Shown here piece by piece: positions 1 through 13,510 of a stretch of 64,000 nt of DNA; the stretch's first letter is position 1; every line of letters begins with the position of its first letter. This DNA is from Eledone cirrhosa. Its lineage: Eukaryota. The stretch covers positions 32,853-96,852 of the forward strand of contig CAXHJY010001203.1 in NCBI GenBank assembly GCA_964016885.1, in the 5' to 3' direction. The notes under the pieces were generated by a model. That model ran no database searches, had not been told where the DNA came from, and saw nothing but the letters and a program-made list of their open reading frames with translations. The translations under genes were made by a program, and so were the position numbers.

Positions 1-120
1 GTTTTCGCTTCTGTATCTTTTATATCTCCACAGTTAATTCATTTGGTCCTCAATGTTTATCATTGACTGACCAACAGTAAAAAAACAGATATAATATAGA
101 TATAAACACATATATATAGT

Positions 121-166
121 CTAACAAAGTTCTTTCGTTGCACATCTGCAACATCATCAGTGGTAG
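121..166 (-). ncRNA. Minimal type I hammerhead ribozyme motif (Penelope-type)
   Basis: Minus strand reads ctacca-CTGATGA-t-GTTGCA-gatg-TGCAAC-GAAA-gaac-TT-tgttag. Core intact, perfect 6-bp stem II, stem I ctacca/tgttag (5 of 6 pairs). Confidence 0.8.
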
Positions 167-233
167 TATTATGTTCCCCCTGTTGTATTGTATGTCTACG
201 CCATTTTTATTTTATCTGTTTATTTATTTATTA

Positions 234-282
<49 letters not shown>

Positions 283-356
283 CTACTTCAAAATATTAAT
301 AAATATAGACATTCATGTGATCAAATATATTTTATCATACATATTTCAGAGGTACT

Positions 357-385
357 GAACTATTTCGACAGTACGTCCTCATCAG
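357..385 (-). ncRNA. Hammerhead core motif with weak stem I
   Basis: Minus strand: CTGATGA-g-GAC-gtact-GTC-GAAA-tag-TT, lying between two (TA)n tracts. Stem I pairing is not evident. Confidence 0.55.
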
Positions 386-391
386 ATAAAG

Positions 392-430
<39 letters not shown>

Positions 431-433
<3 letters not shown>

Positions 434-548
434 CTGAAGACAGCATATATATGTGTAGGTGTGTATATTTCCTCTGATAGTTTGTAAAATGTTTACATAG
501 ATATACATACCAACACACACATATATATCCTAGAAACGATCGTAAAAT
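431..548 (+). ncRNA. Hammerhead-like motif with a ~90-nt extended stem II
   Basis: CTGAAGA (434-440) ... GAAA-cga-TC (533-541). The intervening sequence folds: atatatatgtgt/acacatatatat, ggtgtgtatat/atatacatacc, tgtaaa/tttaca. Confidence 0.55.
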
Positions 549-738
549 GATGAATTTTTAATATAAGGAACTGGTTCTTTGTTTTTATTCATTATTTTTT
601 ATTAATTTATCTTGACTCTGTTTTCCTGGGATTTTCATCGAAAAAAATGTTGAATACATCTTCTCTTTTCATGATATTTGGATTACATTGAGTTCTTCAT
701 ACGGATTGGACAGTACCGTATATTTTAGTAGATTTATC

Positions 739-1636
<898 letters not shown>

Positions 1637-1662
1637 TAATGTTCATACACGAAACAAAAGCA

Positions 1663-1810
1663 CTACTTATGGCTTCATGGCCCAATATTGACCATACATC
1701 AGATTTTAAGAAGGATAAAACATAATCACTTGAAGATTTGATTCGTCACAATTTGCTTCGTCGTTCAATCTGAAGATATGGTCAATATTTGGCCTTGAAA
1801 CCTTAAGTAG
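1663..1810. ncRNA. Inverted pair of related hammerhead motifs
   Basis: 1767-1810(+): aat-CTGAAGA-t-atggtcaa-tat-ttggcctt-GAAA-cct-TA-agtag. 1663-1705(-): aat-CTGATGT-atggtcaatattgggccat-GAAG-ccat-aagtag. Diverged copies; consensus stem II ATGGTCAA/TTGGCCAT. Confidence 0.6.
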
Positions 1811-1857
1811 CTCACTTCCCTTATTCAGAACTGTTTTCTGTTCTCACAGCTACGGAT

Positions 1858-1990
<133 letters not shown>

Positions 1991-4900
1991 TAATGTGTGA
2001 GTGTAATATAACTGTTAAGAATTTTTATGATAAACTTACACGATGCATTTTATACACACGAAATATGTCAGCAAAAACGTCTGCGAGAATCGAAGCTCAC
2101 ACTGCCATATATCGAAAGATGTTAGTCTCAAATTTAGTGTTTATAAGTGGTTTACTGGATTAAACTGTAAATGTTGTTTTCACTGTCATATCACATGATA
2201 ATCAGCGGAACAGGAACAATCACTAAACTACCAGTGGACAAGTATCTTCCATCGTTGACACACACATACGCATACTTATATATAAGTACGTTTGATATAA
2301 TACAAATAAGAAACCAGTATCAAATTTCCAAATATGTATTCGTTTACCAATAATTAATAGCTATAATGTTATCACTTAGTCTTTCAGATGTTCTTGGATT
2401 GAAAAAAAACAACAAAACTTTTCAACTGTGGTCATTCCATCAATTTTAGGGACCACATTGCCTGATGTGTTCTATTTAAGAACGTGATTTTGTTGTTGTT
2501 TTTAGAGTTTCGTATAATTGGGTGAAGATTCCTTGTTAACTGGTTAACCAGTGTGCCATTAAAGACTTACTTTGTGAGATCTCAATGAATAAAGATGAAA
2601 TAATTATATTTGAAAGAAAATTACATATGTCTAGTCTGATGGTTGTTTGAATGTTATAACTTGGTTGGAAAGGGAAGGGATACGTCGTAGTTCTTCTTTT
2701 AAGCCCTTCTTGATGGGTATAGGATAGCGAGTAAGCTACATTACCCAGTGGTGGGAGGAAGGTATCCTCAAGCGAGAGACATGGCCTACATGCCTACAAC
2801 AGAGTGAACTCCTCTAAAGTAACGGCTTGAATCTAAAAACAAAAACAAGAAACAAAAAAAAAAAAAATAATAATAAGGATCAGTCTTGCCAACGGGTTTT
2901 CCCCAGTTTAACCTACTCCTTTAACTTGAGGCTATGATAGAAGATACTTGCCCAAGCTCCCGTTTAGTGGGACTGAATCCCAAACCATATATCTGTAAGT
3001 AAACTTCTTAGCGGCATGTAAATGCCTGTTACATGAAATCAAGTACATCTTTAAAGGATGTTTTCAGAGTTTTAGACGATCCGAAGGAGTGCAATCAAAG
3101 AAGAAGGAAGGTTAAATATTTGCACAGTTGAAATACGTTCACTCATAACCTGTGTGAAAGTACATAGACCTACACATATGCACACACTAACTCGTATATT
3201 GTAGCAAGGCAAACCAGACACTTTAAGAAGCCTTGTCGAAATCTATATATTTTAATTATACACCAGGAAAAGAAGAAAACAAAGAATCTGAAATATTTAT
3301 CAGCTTGAAACTTACTTTGGTTGGAAACAGAGAATCATTTCCAGAAGCCCTTAATTAACTCAACCACCTTCATTGTCTTCCGAAAGCTCAAATGCTAATT
3401 TGTTCGCCGACTTCAGATACGACTGGTCACAATTTAATTGATTTTCTCTTGAAACTAATTTACAGCCTTCAGCATTTTACACACGTAATATTTCAGAGAC
3501 GAATTCGAATTATAAAAGTTTATCATCGGCCGTTGAATAAATATTTAATTCAATACATTAATTTCTCAATAATCCTTTTACTTACCTTTTTATTTTATTG
3601 AAACTACATCTAGAAAAAATAACATTGAGTTGATAAATAATCTAGCCTTTGTCTTCAAGGATTTATTGTTTCATTAATAAATCATTTAGACAGAAAGTAT
3701 TGTTTTATATTTTTCTTTGTTATTCTTTTAATAGTTAAATATCTTTTCTTTAATTCAAAACTGAAACTATGATAAGGCTAAAGATTGACAGATAAATGTC
3801 ATTTGATGCATTAGTTGTTCTTTGCAGACATTAATAATGTAAGTCGATCTTTTTTTGTTTCGTTTATTGTCTTATGAAGCGAAAGCTTTAAATCAATTAA
3901 TTTATACAACGCCATGCGTATCTGAATAGAATGAAATACGTTCAGCATGTGATTTCGCAACAGAAATATCATTACGAAACAACGTAGACGCAGTCTAGAA
4001 ATAGATGACGAATCTCGCCCACTTCCTCCTTCTAAAAAGAAGCAAGGTCAAATTGGATAATGTACCCTGGTGTATAATATTCCTAGAAAGTATGGGCTGG
4101 TCATAGCTAAAATGCCTTTGATAAAATGTCTGCTCGATCAGTCGTTAAGCAGTTGAGACTAAACAACAGCTGTGTCTTGGAAATAAATAAAAAAGAATTA
4201 ATGCTTCTGTTTTGTACTTATTAGCTGTGTTCAGATCTGGTGAAGGGATGGGCTACCTCGGGTTTAAAAGGCCCAAGAAACGACGTATTTTACTATAGCA
4301 CCACTACGACTCCACCGGGAGTTACGGTTTCATACACACATACATTTATCACATTAGTACGTGATACTGGATTGCCAAAATCTTAAGGGCGTTGGACCTT
4401 GCGGTACTTTTTCCGGTTCTTTAAAACTTAGTTCAAATCTCACGGAAGTCACGTTGTTATCACCTATGAAATAAAATGCCAGTCAATAGCTAGGATCGAT
4501 TAAATCGACTAACCCTTCCTTTCAAGTTCCTGGCCTTTCATCTCTTTTAGAAATAATTATTAATACGCTTGAGTGGCGTATTAGTCTGTGAGATGAATTG
4601 GGGCAATTATTTGGACCTTGTAAGCTAAATAAATATTTCCCCTTCATATTGAAGATTACAACACAAGCGTCCTCGTTGAGTTGACTTGAGATTCGATATA
4701 TCTTGAGAATTGTGCTAGCACTATTTTCCTTCTTTCAAAATGTACTCTAGTCTCACAAATAACAAGCCCAGATTTCCAATGAGGTATTAGGGAAATATTT
4801 TATATAAGTTATTTCTTTATCTATCTATATAATACTAAAAGTGTGTGATTGCTTGCTTGTTTGCTTGTCTGTAATACAGCCAAAAGGACGCATAATAGGA

Positions 4901-5117
4901 AAATATTTTGAAAGGAAGTTGCCTCTGAAATGGGAATACAAATGGAATAAAACAAATTTCGTGTAAATTGGACCACGGGTTCCCGAGATATGGGATTTTT
5001 CCGGGTACCTTCATAAATAAAGAGAGAGAAAGATAGAGAGGAAGAGACAGTGGTTGTAACAGAGTAGATTGAAAGAGAAACATAGAGAGAGGTAAAAGGG
5101 GACAGAGAAAGAGAATT

Positions 5118-5184
<67 letters not shown>

Positions 5185-5209
5185 TTTGTGTATATGTGTG
5201 TGTGTGTCT

Positions 5210-5903
5210 ATGGGGCAGTTGGCTAGTCTGCAGCAGTTGTCATGTCTGGTGGAGTATCTTTTGGCTAGCTGTCCGCGCAGAGAAGGACCTGAGTGGGCCA
5301 GTTGGATATCTAGTCTTTCTCGTCTGATGGCTCTGCGGGTGGCTGTTGTTGTTTCTTCACTGAAGTGTGGGAGCTTCAGGAAGCAAGTGTTAGTGCCTCG
5401 GGTGTGGTGTCCTCTGTTCTTTCTGGCACGGTTTGTGGTGGATGTCGTGTATCCGTTCAGTTTGAGTACTTCCAGGAAATGTGTGGTGTGTGTGTCTCGG
5501 TCTCTAGCGTCGGTGCATTTGTTCCGGATACGTGCCAGTTCATTCCTTATGTATCCGAACTTGGCGCCGAGTGGGAGGGCCGATCTGAAATGTACGAACA
5601 GGTCCCTGCTGGCGGCTTTTTTATAGAAGCAGGTGTGAATGTTGCCATCCTCTGTTACCCTGAGTTGGAAGTCCAGTAGGGATAGGGATCCGCGGTCATC
5701 GGGCTGCTCCATGCTGAACTTTATACTGGCGTCCATGCTGGAGAATGTTGTGTATATTTTATCCTACATATCGGGTGAAGAAGGCATGGGAATGGCAGGT
5801 GTTGAGGGCTCAGCATTCTAGCTGGTTCATGTAGGTGATGGCCAGCAGGCCCGATAGGCTGGATCCCATGGGTAATCCTGTTGTCTGTCAGTATGTGTGG
5901 TGG
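5210..5903 (-). mobile_element. Inverted partial copy of the adjacent Penelope-like element (RT core to linker)
   Basis: Reverse complement of 6749-7480 with scattered substitutions and a ~38-bp deletion removing the DDILILTSSREEA codons. Ends at a (CA)/(GA) microsatellite. Confidence 0.92.
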
Positions 5904-7790
5904 ATATCGACTCTCGGCAACAACACCACGGAATCTATCAAACCCAGATTCCCGATATACCAACTTGATCGCCCACTCTGTCCACCTCCTGCCAACCGCG
6001 AGCTTGAAGAAAAACTCTCGAGACTAAAACATTCCGTATTTAACATCTTACGGAAACAGAAGAAGATAGCCCCAAACCTCTCCAGGACACAACAACTCGC
6101 CCTGAAGAACCTACGGAATAGGGAACTTATATACTTACCATCCGACAAAGGTAAAGAGTTTTGCGTCATCTCTCAAGCCACATACAATAACCTAGCCTTT
6201 GAACACCTAAGCGACAATGAATTATACACAGAGATCCCGGACATGACTGCAGCCCAGATAGGAAAACAGACCAACTCCATTTGGTTCGATATCTGTAGGA
6301 GAAGACAACTCCCAAATAAAGTTAAGCTCAACTACACCACTAGAAATAGCAGACTACCCACTTTCTACCACCTCATCAAGACCCACAAGAATAGCACTAA
6401 GACGCAAATAAGACCCATCGTCTCTAGCATAGAAGGACCCCTATACAAAATTTCTTGGCTCCTCTCCCAGGTCCTCAAGCCTCTACTCTCCACCTTTCCC
6501 GGGCATGTCAGTAGCTCCAACGAAGTTATACGTAGACTACACCAACTCCAGCCAGAACAACTTAAACTAAATAAATACGCTTTTAGCCTCGACGTTGCCT
6601 CACTCTACACTACAGTCCTCGCTCATCCAGCTGTCGATTTATTGACGGACTGCGTGGTCGCAGAGGACATCCACTGCTACGGCCTCCACCCGACGGACAT
6701 ACACCAGCTTTTGTCCTTCACAGTAGACAACACGTACTTCACCTTCCACCACCACGCATACAGGCAGACAACAGGATTACCCATGGGATCCAGCCTATCG
6801 GGCCTGCTGGCCATGACCTACATGAACCAGCTAGAATGCCGAGCCCTCAACACCTGCCATTCCCATGCCTTCTTCACCCGATATGTAGATGACATACTCA
6901 TCCTCACATCATCCCGTGAGGAGGCAGATAAAATATACACAACATTCTCCAGCATGGACGCCAGTATAAAGTTCAGCATGGAACACCCCGATGACCGCGG
7001 ATCCCTATCCCTACTGGACTTCCAACTCAGGGTAACAGAGGATGGCAACATCCACACCTGCTTCTATAAAAAAGCCGCCAGCAGGGACCTGTTCGTACAT
7101 TTCAGATCGGCCCTCCCACTCGGTGCCAAGTTCGGATACATAAGGAACGAACTGGCACGTATCCGGAACAAATGCACCGACGCTAGAGACCCAGACACAC
7201 ACACCACACATTTCCTGGAAGTACTCAAACTGAACGGATACACGACATCCACCACAAACCGTGCCAGAAAGAACAGAGGACACCACACCCGAGGCACTAA
7301 CACTTGCTTCCTGAAGCTCCCACACTTCAGTGAAGAAACAACAACAGCCATCCGCAGAACCATCAGACGAGAAGGACTAGATATCCAACTGGCCCACTCA
7401 GGTCCTTCTCTGCGCGGACAGCTAGCCAAAAGACACTCCACCAGACATGAGAACTGCTGCAGACTAGCCAACTGCCCCATCAACGACACAGACCTATGCC
7501 ACCAGGCTTACGTCGTATACAGACTAGAGTGTGACAAATGCAACAACTTCTACGTAGGTAGCACCACCAGACCACTCCACATAAGAATAAAAGAACACCT
7601 CAATACTAACGCTTCCTCATTTAAGAAACACCTAGTTAAATGCAAAAACACCGACAAAACCATAACAGTTAGGATAGAAACTAACGAAAGAAACCTCGGC
7701 AATCTTAGAATTAAGGAAGCACTAATTATAGATAAAACACAACCACCTATCAATAATAGACTAGAACTCAACACCCAATTTATAACCTGA
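5904..7790 (+). CDS. Penelope-type reverse transcriptase + GIY-YIG endonuclease (N-terminus truncated)
   Basis: PLE motifs SDKG, FYHLIKTHK, RPIVSS, SLDVASLYT, GLPMGSSLS, RYVDD, SLLDF; linker CRLANCP..LC; VVYRLECDKC..YVGST..RIKEH; IKEALII..PPIN. The first ~23 aa of the 5835 ORF call come from the inverted arm. Confidence 0.93.
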   Translation: MSTLGNNTTESIKPRFPIYQLDRPLCPPPANRELEEKLSRLKHSVFNILRKQKKIAPNLSRTQQLALKNLRNRELIYLPSDKGKEFCVISQATYNNLAFEHLSDNELYTEIPDMTAAQIGKQTNSIWFDICRRRQLPNKVKLNYTTRNSRLPTFYHLIKTHKNSTKTQIRPIVSSIEGPLYKISWLLSQVLKPLLSTFPGHVSSSNEVIRRLHQLQPEQLKLNKYAFSLDVASLYTTVLAHPAVDLLTDCVVAEDIHCYGLHPTDIHQLLSFTVDNTYFTFHHHAYRQTTGLPMGSSLSGLLAMTYMNQLECRALNTCHSHAFFTRYVDDILILTSSREEADKIYTTFSSMDASIKFSMEHPDDRGSLSLLDFQLRVTEDGNIHTCFYKKAASRDLFVHFRSALPLGAKFGYIRNELARIRNKCTDARDPDTHTTHFLEVLKLNGYTTSTTNRARKNRGHHTRGTNTCFLKLPHFSEETTTAIRRTIRREGLDIQLAHSGPSLRGQLAKRHSTRHENCCRLANCPINDTDLCHQAYVVYRLECDKCNNFYVGSTTRPLHIRIKEHLNTNASSFKKHLVKCKNTDKTITVRIETNERNLGNLRIKEALIIDKTQPPINNRLELNTQFIT

Positions 7791-8184
7791 TAGGGCTTCT
7801 AGCCCCATATTTACACACCCCATACACACACACGCTTACACCTCCACTTATTCTCTCTCACACATACACACACAAAACCAGTTCTAACACCAGATAACAC
7901 CTATCCCCCACATTTACGAATAGACTTATCTTCTTCTCACACTCACACACACACACACTCACATACTTACACCTTCATGCATTCTCCCACACACTTAAAC
8001 AGGCATGTATATAAAAAAAAAATAACCCCCCCCCCCCTAACAAACCTATTTTCACCAGGGAGACTACTCATTATCCACCTAATTTTAACTCTTTGACATT
8101 AGAGATAGAACAGATACTCTATACTATTTCCTGCCAGCATGGCTTGGCAAGATATTTAGAACGCTGGTTTGAGACATTTATCTC

Positions 8185-8218
8185 CCTCTGAAGAAGAGAT
8201 ATTATCTCGAAAATTAAG
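8185..8218 (+). ncRNA. Minimal hammerhead motif in the PLE 3' terminus
   Basis: cct-CTGAAGA-a-GAGAT-att-ATCTC-GAAA-at-TA-agg; palindromic AATT stem III, 3-bp stem I. Confidence 0.7.
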
Positions 8219-8334
8219 GACGTTTAAAATAAAGCTAAGGTAAAAGACGAATTGTCAACAATATCTTTTGCAATTGCATTCTTTTTTCTATGTCCATACC
8301 TGCATTGTTTTGGCTTTATTATACATATTCAAAC

Positions 8335-8393
<59 letters not shown>

Positions 8394-8543
8394 AACACAC
8401 ACATTTACATATATACATACACACACATATATATATGGGCTTTCCAGTTTCATTTCACATTATATACAAGTCTGTGTACATTTTAATTATTTAAAAATTA
8501 TTTTTAAATGAACATGTTTTAAAAAAAAACATTTTGAAATGAA

Positions 8544-8572
8544 CGTGACTCAACGTGTCGCGGGTGGTCTAG
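8544..8572 (+). mobile_element. Helitron-like 3' end
   Basis: Hairpin CGTGAC-tcaacgt-GTCGCG, 6 nt spacer, then CTAG followed by T. Confidence 0.4.
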
Positions 8573-8612
8573 TTATTAGTAATAATCATTTCTTAAGTTA
8601 GGGACGAAATTA

Positions 8613-8824
8613 ACTTTTCCCAGCATTGACACAAGGCCAGGCATTTGGGAGAAGGAGAAAGTCAATTATATCGACCCCATCACTTAACTGGTACTTAATT
8701 TTATTGACCCCGTAAAGATGAAAGGCAAAGTTGACCTCGGCGGGATTTGAACGCACAACCTAGAAAGTTGTAACTAAATACTGCAAAGCATTTTGTCCGA
8801 CGCCTTACTTATGCTGCCAACCCC
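8613..8824 (-). mobile_element. tRNA-derived SINE, family A (older copy)
   Basis: Minus strand has A/B-box-like TGGCAG...GTTCAAATCC and the central GAGGTCAACTTTGCCTTTCATC..GGGGTC(G/A)ATAAA...GTACCAG domain shared by about 20 copies. Other old copies near 12830-13030, 15310-15440, 18100-18240, 23410-23815, 26895-27095, 28675-28855, 47410-47590, 48636-49180, 58400-58600, 60475-60620 and 61335-61460. Confidence 0.85.
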
Positions 8825-11556
8825 ACTTAGATATGGAATAATACATTTCTAATAGTTCTATTTGTAATTAATCATTTGCTAAATCATTGGCGCAGAGTTA
8901 GAAGATGGTGATAATTACTATAGAACCAGCGATTACTATAGAACCAGGTCACTGAATGAAATCGACCTTAACACTCTGATCGAACAGACCAGACCTAGAA
9001 TTATCTCATCTTATTTTTTCCCAGATCTAACGTCTTCAGTTCCCCATTATGCATTATGTTGATTCTTGTTTTTAATGTCTAGCGGGTCGAGCGGCACCTT
9101 CATCGACTCAACGCGGTTTCTCATACTGCAGAATCTATGATCAACAGAGTTTCTACTGTGACTATCCCCTCATTTTTTCCAGTCATAACGTTTGTTGGTC
9201 TACATTATGATGGAGCATAATTATGAACAAAAGCGTTTCAGTCGTGTCTATCCTTGTTTCTTTTTTCATTTATAAATTCTTTAAGCCTTATATTATCCAG
9301 TGGATCAATGGTAAACTGTGACTTTGGAAGATTTGGCTGCTGTTTCTAGCAAGTTGAGTGACCACGTATTGGCCTTGTCTTTTACTTGTCACGGTTAAAG
9401 CTCAATCACTTCCCTTAGATTATAGAGCGCACTTGTCTAGTCAGATGAAACCCAATCCCATTATTAACAATAGCGAGATTAGAAGTAAGTTTCCTGTACG
9501 CCAAGGCTACGAGAGTCTTGATTCATGACATTAGTTGTTTCTTTTCACTTACAGTGTTTATTATCTGGTGCAAAGCATGCACAATGTTCTTAGATATCCA
9601 TGCAGTGATCATCAGAATCATAGTGGTGTTGTAACCAGTCCTATCATTTAGGAATTCCGATGTTTACTCTTTGTTCTCAGCGCTGGTCTTTCACTCAAAT
9701 GATATACACACACTTCGTTTAAAGTCTATATATATAACATAAAAAGTTGTTTTGGGAATTTTTCCAATCTATATTTCTTTTACATCTGATTACAAATTGT
9801 AATGGGGTTTATTAAAAATAAATACGTATAAAACTAACTAATTTTATTTTATCTTATTCTTTTATCAGTTTCAGTCATTTGTGTCTGTAGCAATGTCTAA
9901 AATGGTTTTAGTCAATGATTACATGAGTGACACATCTAAGATTAAACGGAGCTGCAGTGAAGCGCAACAAATATTACAGGTTCAGACAGCGAAACCTAAT
10001 AGTTTTTTTTTTTTTAATGTATTAATTTATAATCAATCAGGAATTTACAAGTAAAATATCTAATATATTCTAATTATAAATCAATGAAGCTTAAGAAAAA
10101 TAAAATACAACTTAATTCAATGTCTCGGAGAAGAAAACCTTAAATTAAAATGATTAACGAGAAATATTTTAGTTATAGTTAAAATATAACGTATGGAGGG
10201 TTGTTACATTGAATACTAGCAATGCTCTTTGTTAAAAAAGAAAATTGTTTTTATACGAGTTACCAAATTAATCAAAATACACTATAGAAAATATTCTTCA
10301 ACCAGAGCATTCATGCAGTGCAAATAATATAAGGATTGATTAATACTAATATTCCACAATGTCCTCCATTTTGATATGTTAACATTTCATTAATATATCA
10401 AAAATCGAGAAAGTTCCGCGTGAGACTCGGTAAGAGAAAAGTTGAAAGGATTATTGACAGATTGTTTAGCTGAGCAGTAAAGCGGACCACTGACGTTTCA
10501 CACGTCGTAGTTCAGCTCAAAGGATATGAGATATAATGAAGGCTGCAAAAGAAAGATAGGAGATTAGTTTTCTAAGATCGGTTATCTTGTAGGAAAATTT
10601 GTGAATAATATCTAGTTTTTACACCGAGGCTGCGTATTCTAGAGAATAATGATCGAGTAAACATATCAATCATGTTGGTCATTTCAACGTCTGACCCAGC
10701 TGAGATAAAAGGATAAACAGAATTTCCAATTTTCTTTTATGACTTTCATGTTGATGTTACTAAAACCCAAAACAACAAAAATGCGGGAAGTAGCATCATT
10801 TACAGAGTAAAGGTTTGTTTCGCTCGTCTCCATATAAATAGAATCAGTAGCTGGAGGCAAAGTAAAGACATTTTTATTGGTAAAAACAAACCCACTGATA
10901 CACCAAGGGAGATCCAATTATATACACATTCGTCTGTAGAGAAATTACTTAGCATAGAATTAAATATATTACATTTATCTGTTTAGAAAGTAGTGGCGAT
11001 GCAATTACTTGGTATGATTCTTTACAAAAGGATGTCGATGTCCGTTTAGATTGCGAGTAAAAGAACTGAAAGGAAAAACGCGTGCACTCCGATTGGCTAA
11101 AGTCCAACTTTATCTCTTACAAATAATGGAAACAGTTTAGCAATACATCACAGGAGAGAATAACTGGAAGTAGGTGATACACAGGTACGCCTACTGTATG
11201 AAAACGTAATAGTAAAGTGTCTCCGAGTACAAATGATCTAATAAGCCAAGAGATTTTAATTAATTTAAATAACATTAATGATATTCTAAACCATTAATTG
11301 ACTACATATAGAATACAGTGGGACATGAATCTGATCTGTAGCAAAACGGTAACAAGTTGGTGAACAATAGTGTCGTTGTTTAGTAGTTTCCAATAAGCCA
11401 ATCAGTGGTTCACTGTACTTCTGATATGGAGAGGGACACGGATATAGCTATGTAAGTTACTGCTGAACAAAATATAAAGGACTTCGTTTGAAAAAATCAA
11501 AAGATATATAGATAAATAGACACACGTGCACTCACACACACGCGCGCACACACACG

Positions 11557-11680
<124 letters not shown>

Positions 11681-11779
11681 TGACTTTTTGCTCAATTTTC
11701 GTCGATCAAATTTCGCTCAGAAATCAGTGTTTAAAATTAACACTATGGTAGAAAATGGTACCTTATGGTGCCATGTAAG

Positions 11780-12415
11780 CAGGGCCGGATTTAGACCTTG
11801 GGAGGCCCGGGATAGTTCAAGGTTTGCAGGGGCGGGAGCTTATACAAAAAAAAAAAAAGAATACACAGCAAACCCCAAATTTTATATATCAAAGTCATTA
11901 GAATTGAAAAGTTATACACGAAGGTATTAAATTTAAAAAATCTAACAATCCTCATTTTACGTCCACTTTCCACACAGATTGTCACAGTCTGAGACCTGAC
12001 ATATCGGAGTGATCTCATCTTACTCATACATTACATATGTGACATGGTTTCTATGGCTGGAGGCCCTTCCTAACAAACACTTTAGAGTGTTTACTGGGTG
12101 CATTGTTTTTATGATACCAGCACAACCACTTTACACAGTTTACTAGGTATATTGTATCACGGCTCCATCACTAATTTTGATGACTCCATGTAAGCAACAT
12201 CAAATCTCTAGAGTTGAGAAAATTTGATGAATTTTGCCGCAGCAAGGACATTAAATACTTTTTATTAAAAATATAGTTCTCATTCTAAAAGGGATAAAAC
12301 TGAAATGCTCAGCAGAAGGCATAAATGAATTGCTACGGCCGTCGCTGGTACCCCCACCCCACTGTGGCAGGCCCAGAGCAATTTTCCCCTTTGCCCCTGA
12401 TTAAATCCAGCCCTG
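11780..12415. mobile_element. hAT-like MITE inserted into a SINE
   Basis: TIRs CAGGGCCGGATTTA / TAAATCCAGCCCTG; near-8-bp TSD CATGTAAG / CATGTAGC. The flanks rejoin a minus-strand tRNA-SINE head (ggatcgaaccc). Confidence 0.75.
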
Positions 12416-12574
12416 CATGTAGCAGGATCGAACCCAGAACAATGTAGTTGTGAAGTGAACTTCTAAGCTACAGAGTTATAACTGCACCTATATTATTGAC
12501 TACAGGCCAGCCCTTATCAAGCGCATCTAGGTTTAAGTACCAACCTTGATAAAGTCCCCTTATTTTCACACATA

Positions 12575-12645
<71 letters not shown>

Positions 12646-13284
12646 ATGAATACATTATTTCAATGTGGATTTCTTTTTGACTTTTTCCTCAGATGTGGTT
12701 TGAAGGAAATTTGGATACCAAGTAATAGATAAAGACTTCCTGTTTTCCTCGCATCAATACTGATTTATATCTACTGAAAGGATATTTAAACCAAAACTTT
12801 ATTATGTAATATTAAAAATATAATATCTAACAAAGACACAAAGCTACAAATCTAGAGGTGGGTGGGTAGTCGATTAAATCAATTCCCAGTACATAACTGG
12901 TACTTTGTTTTATGGAAACCGGGAAGATAAACGATAAAGTTGTCCTCGGTGAGATTTGAACTCAGAAAGTAAATAATGGAATAATTACCGTATGGCATTT
13001 TGTTTGGCGCTCTCACAATTCTGTCAACACCTAATAGTTGGAAAATATTAATACAGCGAAATATTAGTTAATTTACAAAACAACTTCTTTATCATACAAA
13101 TCTGCTTCCCTCATCACCCGCCTCATCACCCGCATTGTATCTTCATTACTGCTACTCGGCGTTTTCGTGTCTTGCAAGAAAATTTTATTATTGAACATCA
13201 AAAATAATCGATCGTCAGCACAACAAAAGTCTCTACATTTTTATACAACTTACATTACTTTGATTGAAGATGTTGGAGTTGCTA

Positions 13285-13510
13285 TTTATCTATTTATTTA
13301 TTTGCGTTCGAGCCAAGAGGCTGACGCCATGCTGGTACCGCCACTAATGCTACACTTTCTATAGCCAGTCTTCCCTGGTTGGCCATTGGTGAAAAGGGGA
13401 GTTTGTTGCTGCTGCTCTTGTTTCTACTTCGCCTTGTGCTGCGGGTTCATCCGGAATGTTGGTCAGTAGATTGCCGAGATGTCTCCTGAAAGCATCTACA
13501 TTGTTGTACG
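13285..13510 (-). mobile_element. 3' fragment of a CR1/L2-group LINE
   Basis: Translation VDAFRRHLGNLLTNIPDEP..AAATNS parallels FKKSLDKFLQVIPDKP..SANSNSL of the 38.8-41.9 kb LINE. Tail GGCGGTACCAGCATGGC + hairpin + (AAAT)n. Confidence 0.75.

Larger units (their letters stand above)
5904..8337 (+). mobile_element. Penelope-like retroelement (PLE), 5'-truncated, young
   Basis: Uninterrupted RT+GIY-YIG frame, CA-rich 3'UTR, hammerhead motif at 8185-8218, termination in (TA)n. Confidence 0.93.

Noticed and set aside
4971-5017. Very degenerate hammerhead-like remnants (also near 13671, 17830, 42735-42778 and 56285-56313)
   Set aside because: One core box is missing or stems are weak; they cannot be told from chance without family consensus sequences.
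5835-5903. N-terminus of the 651-aa ORF
   Set aside because: It lies in the inverted arm (antisense RT sequence), so it is a chance in-frame fusion rather than the true start.
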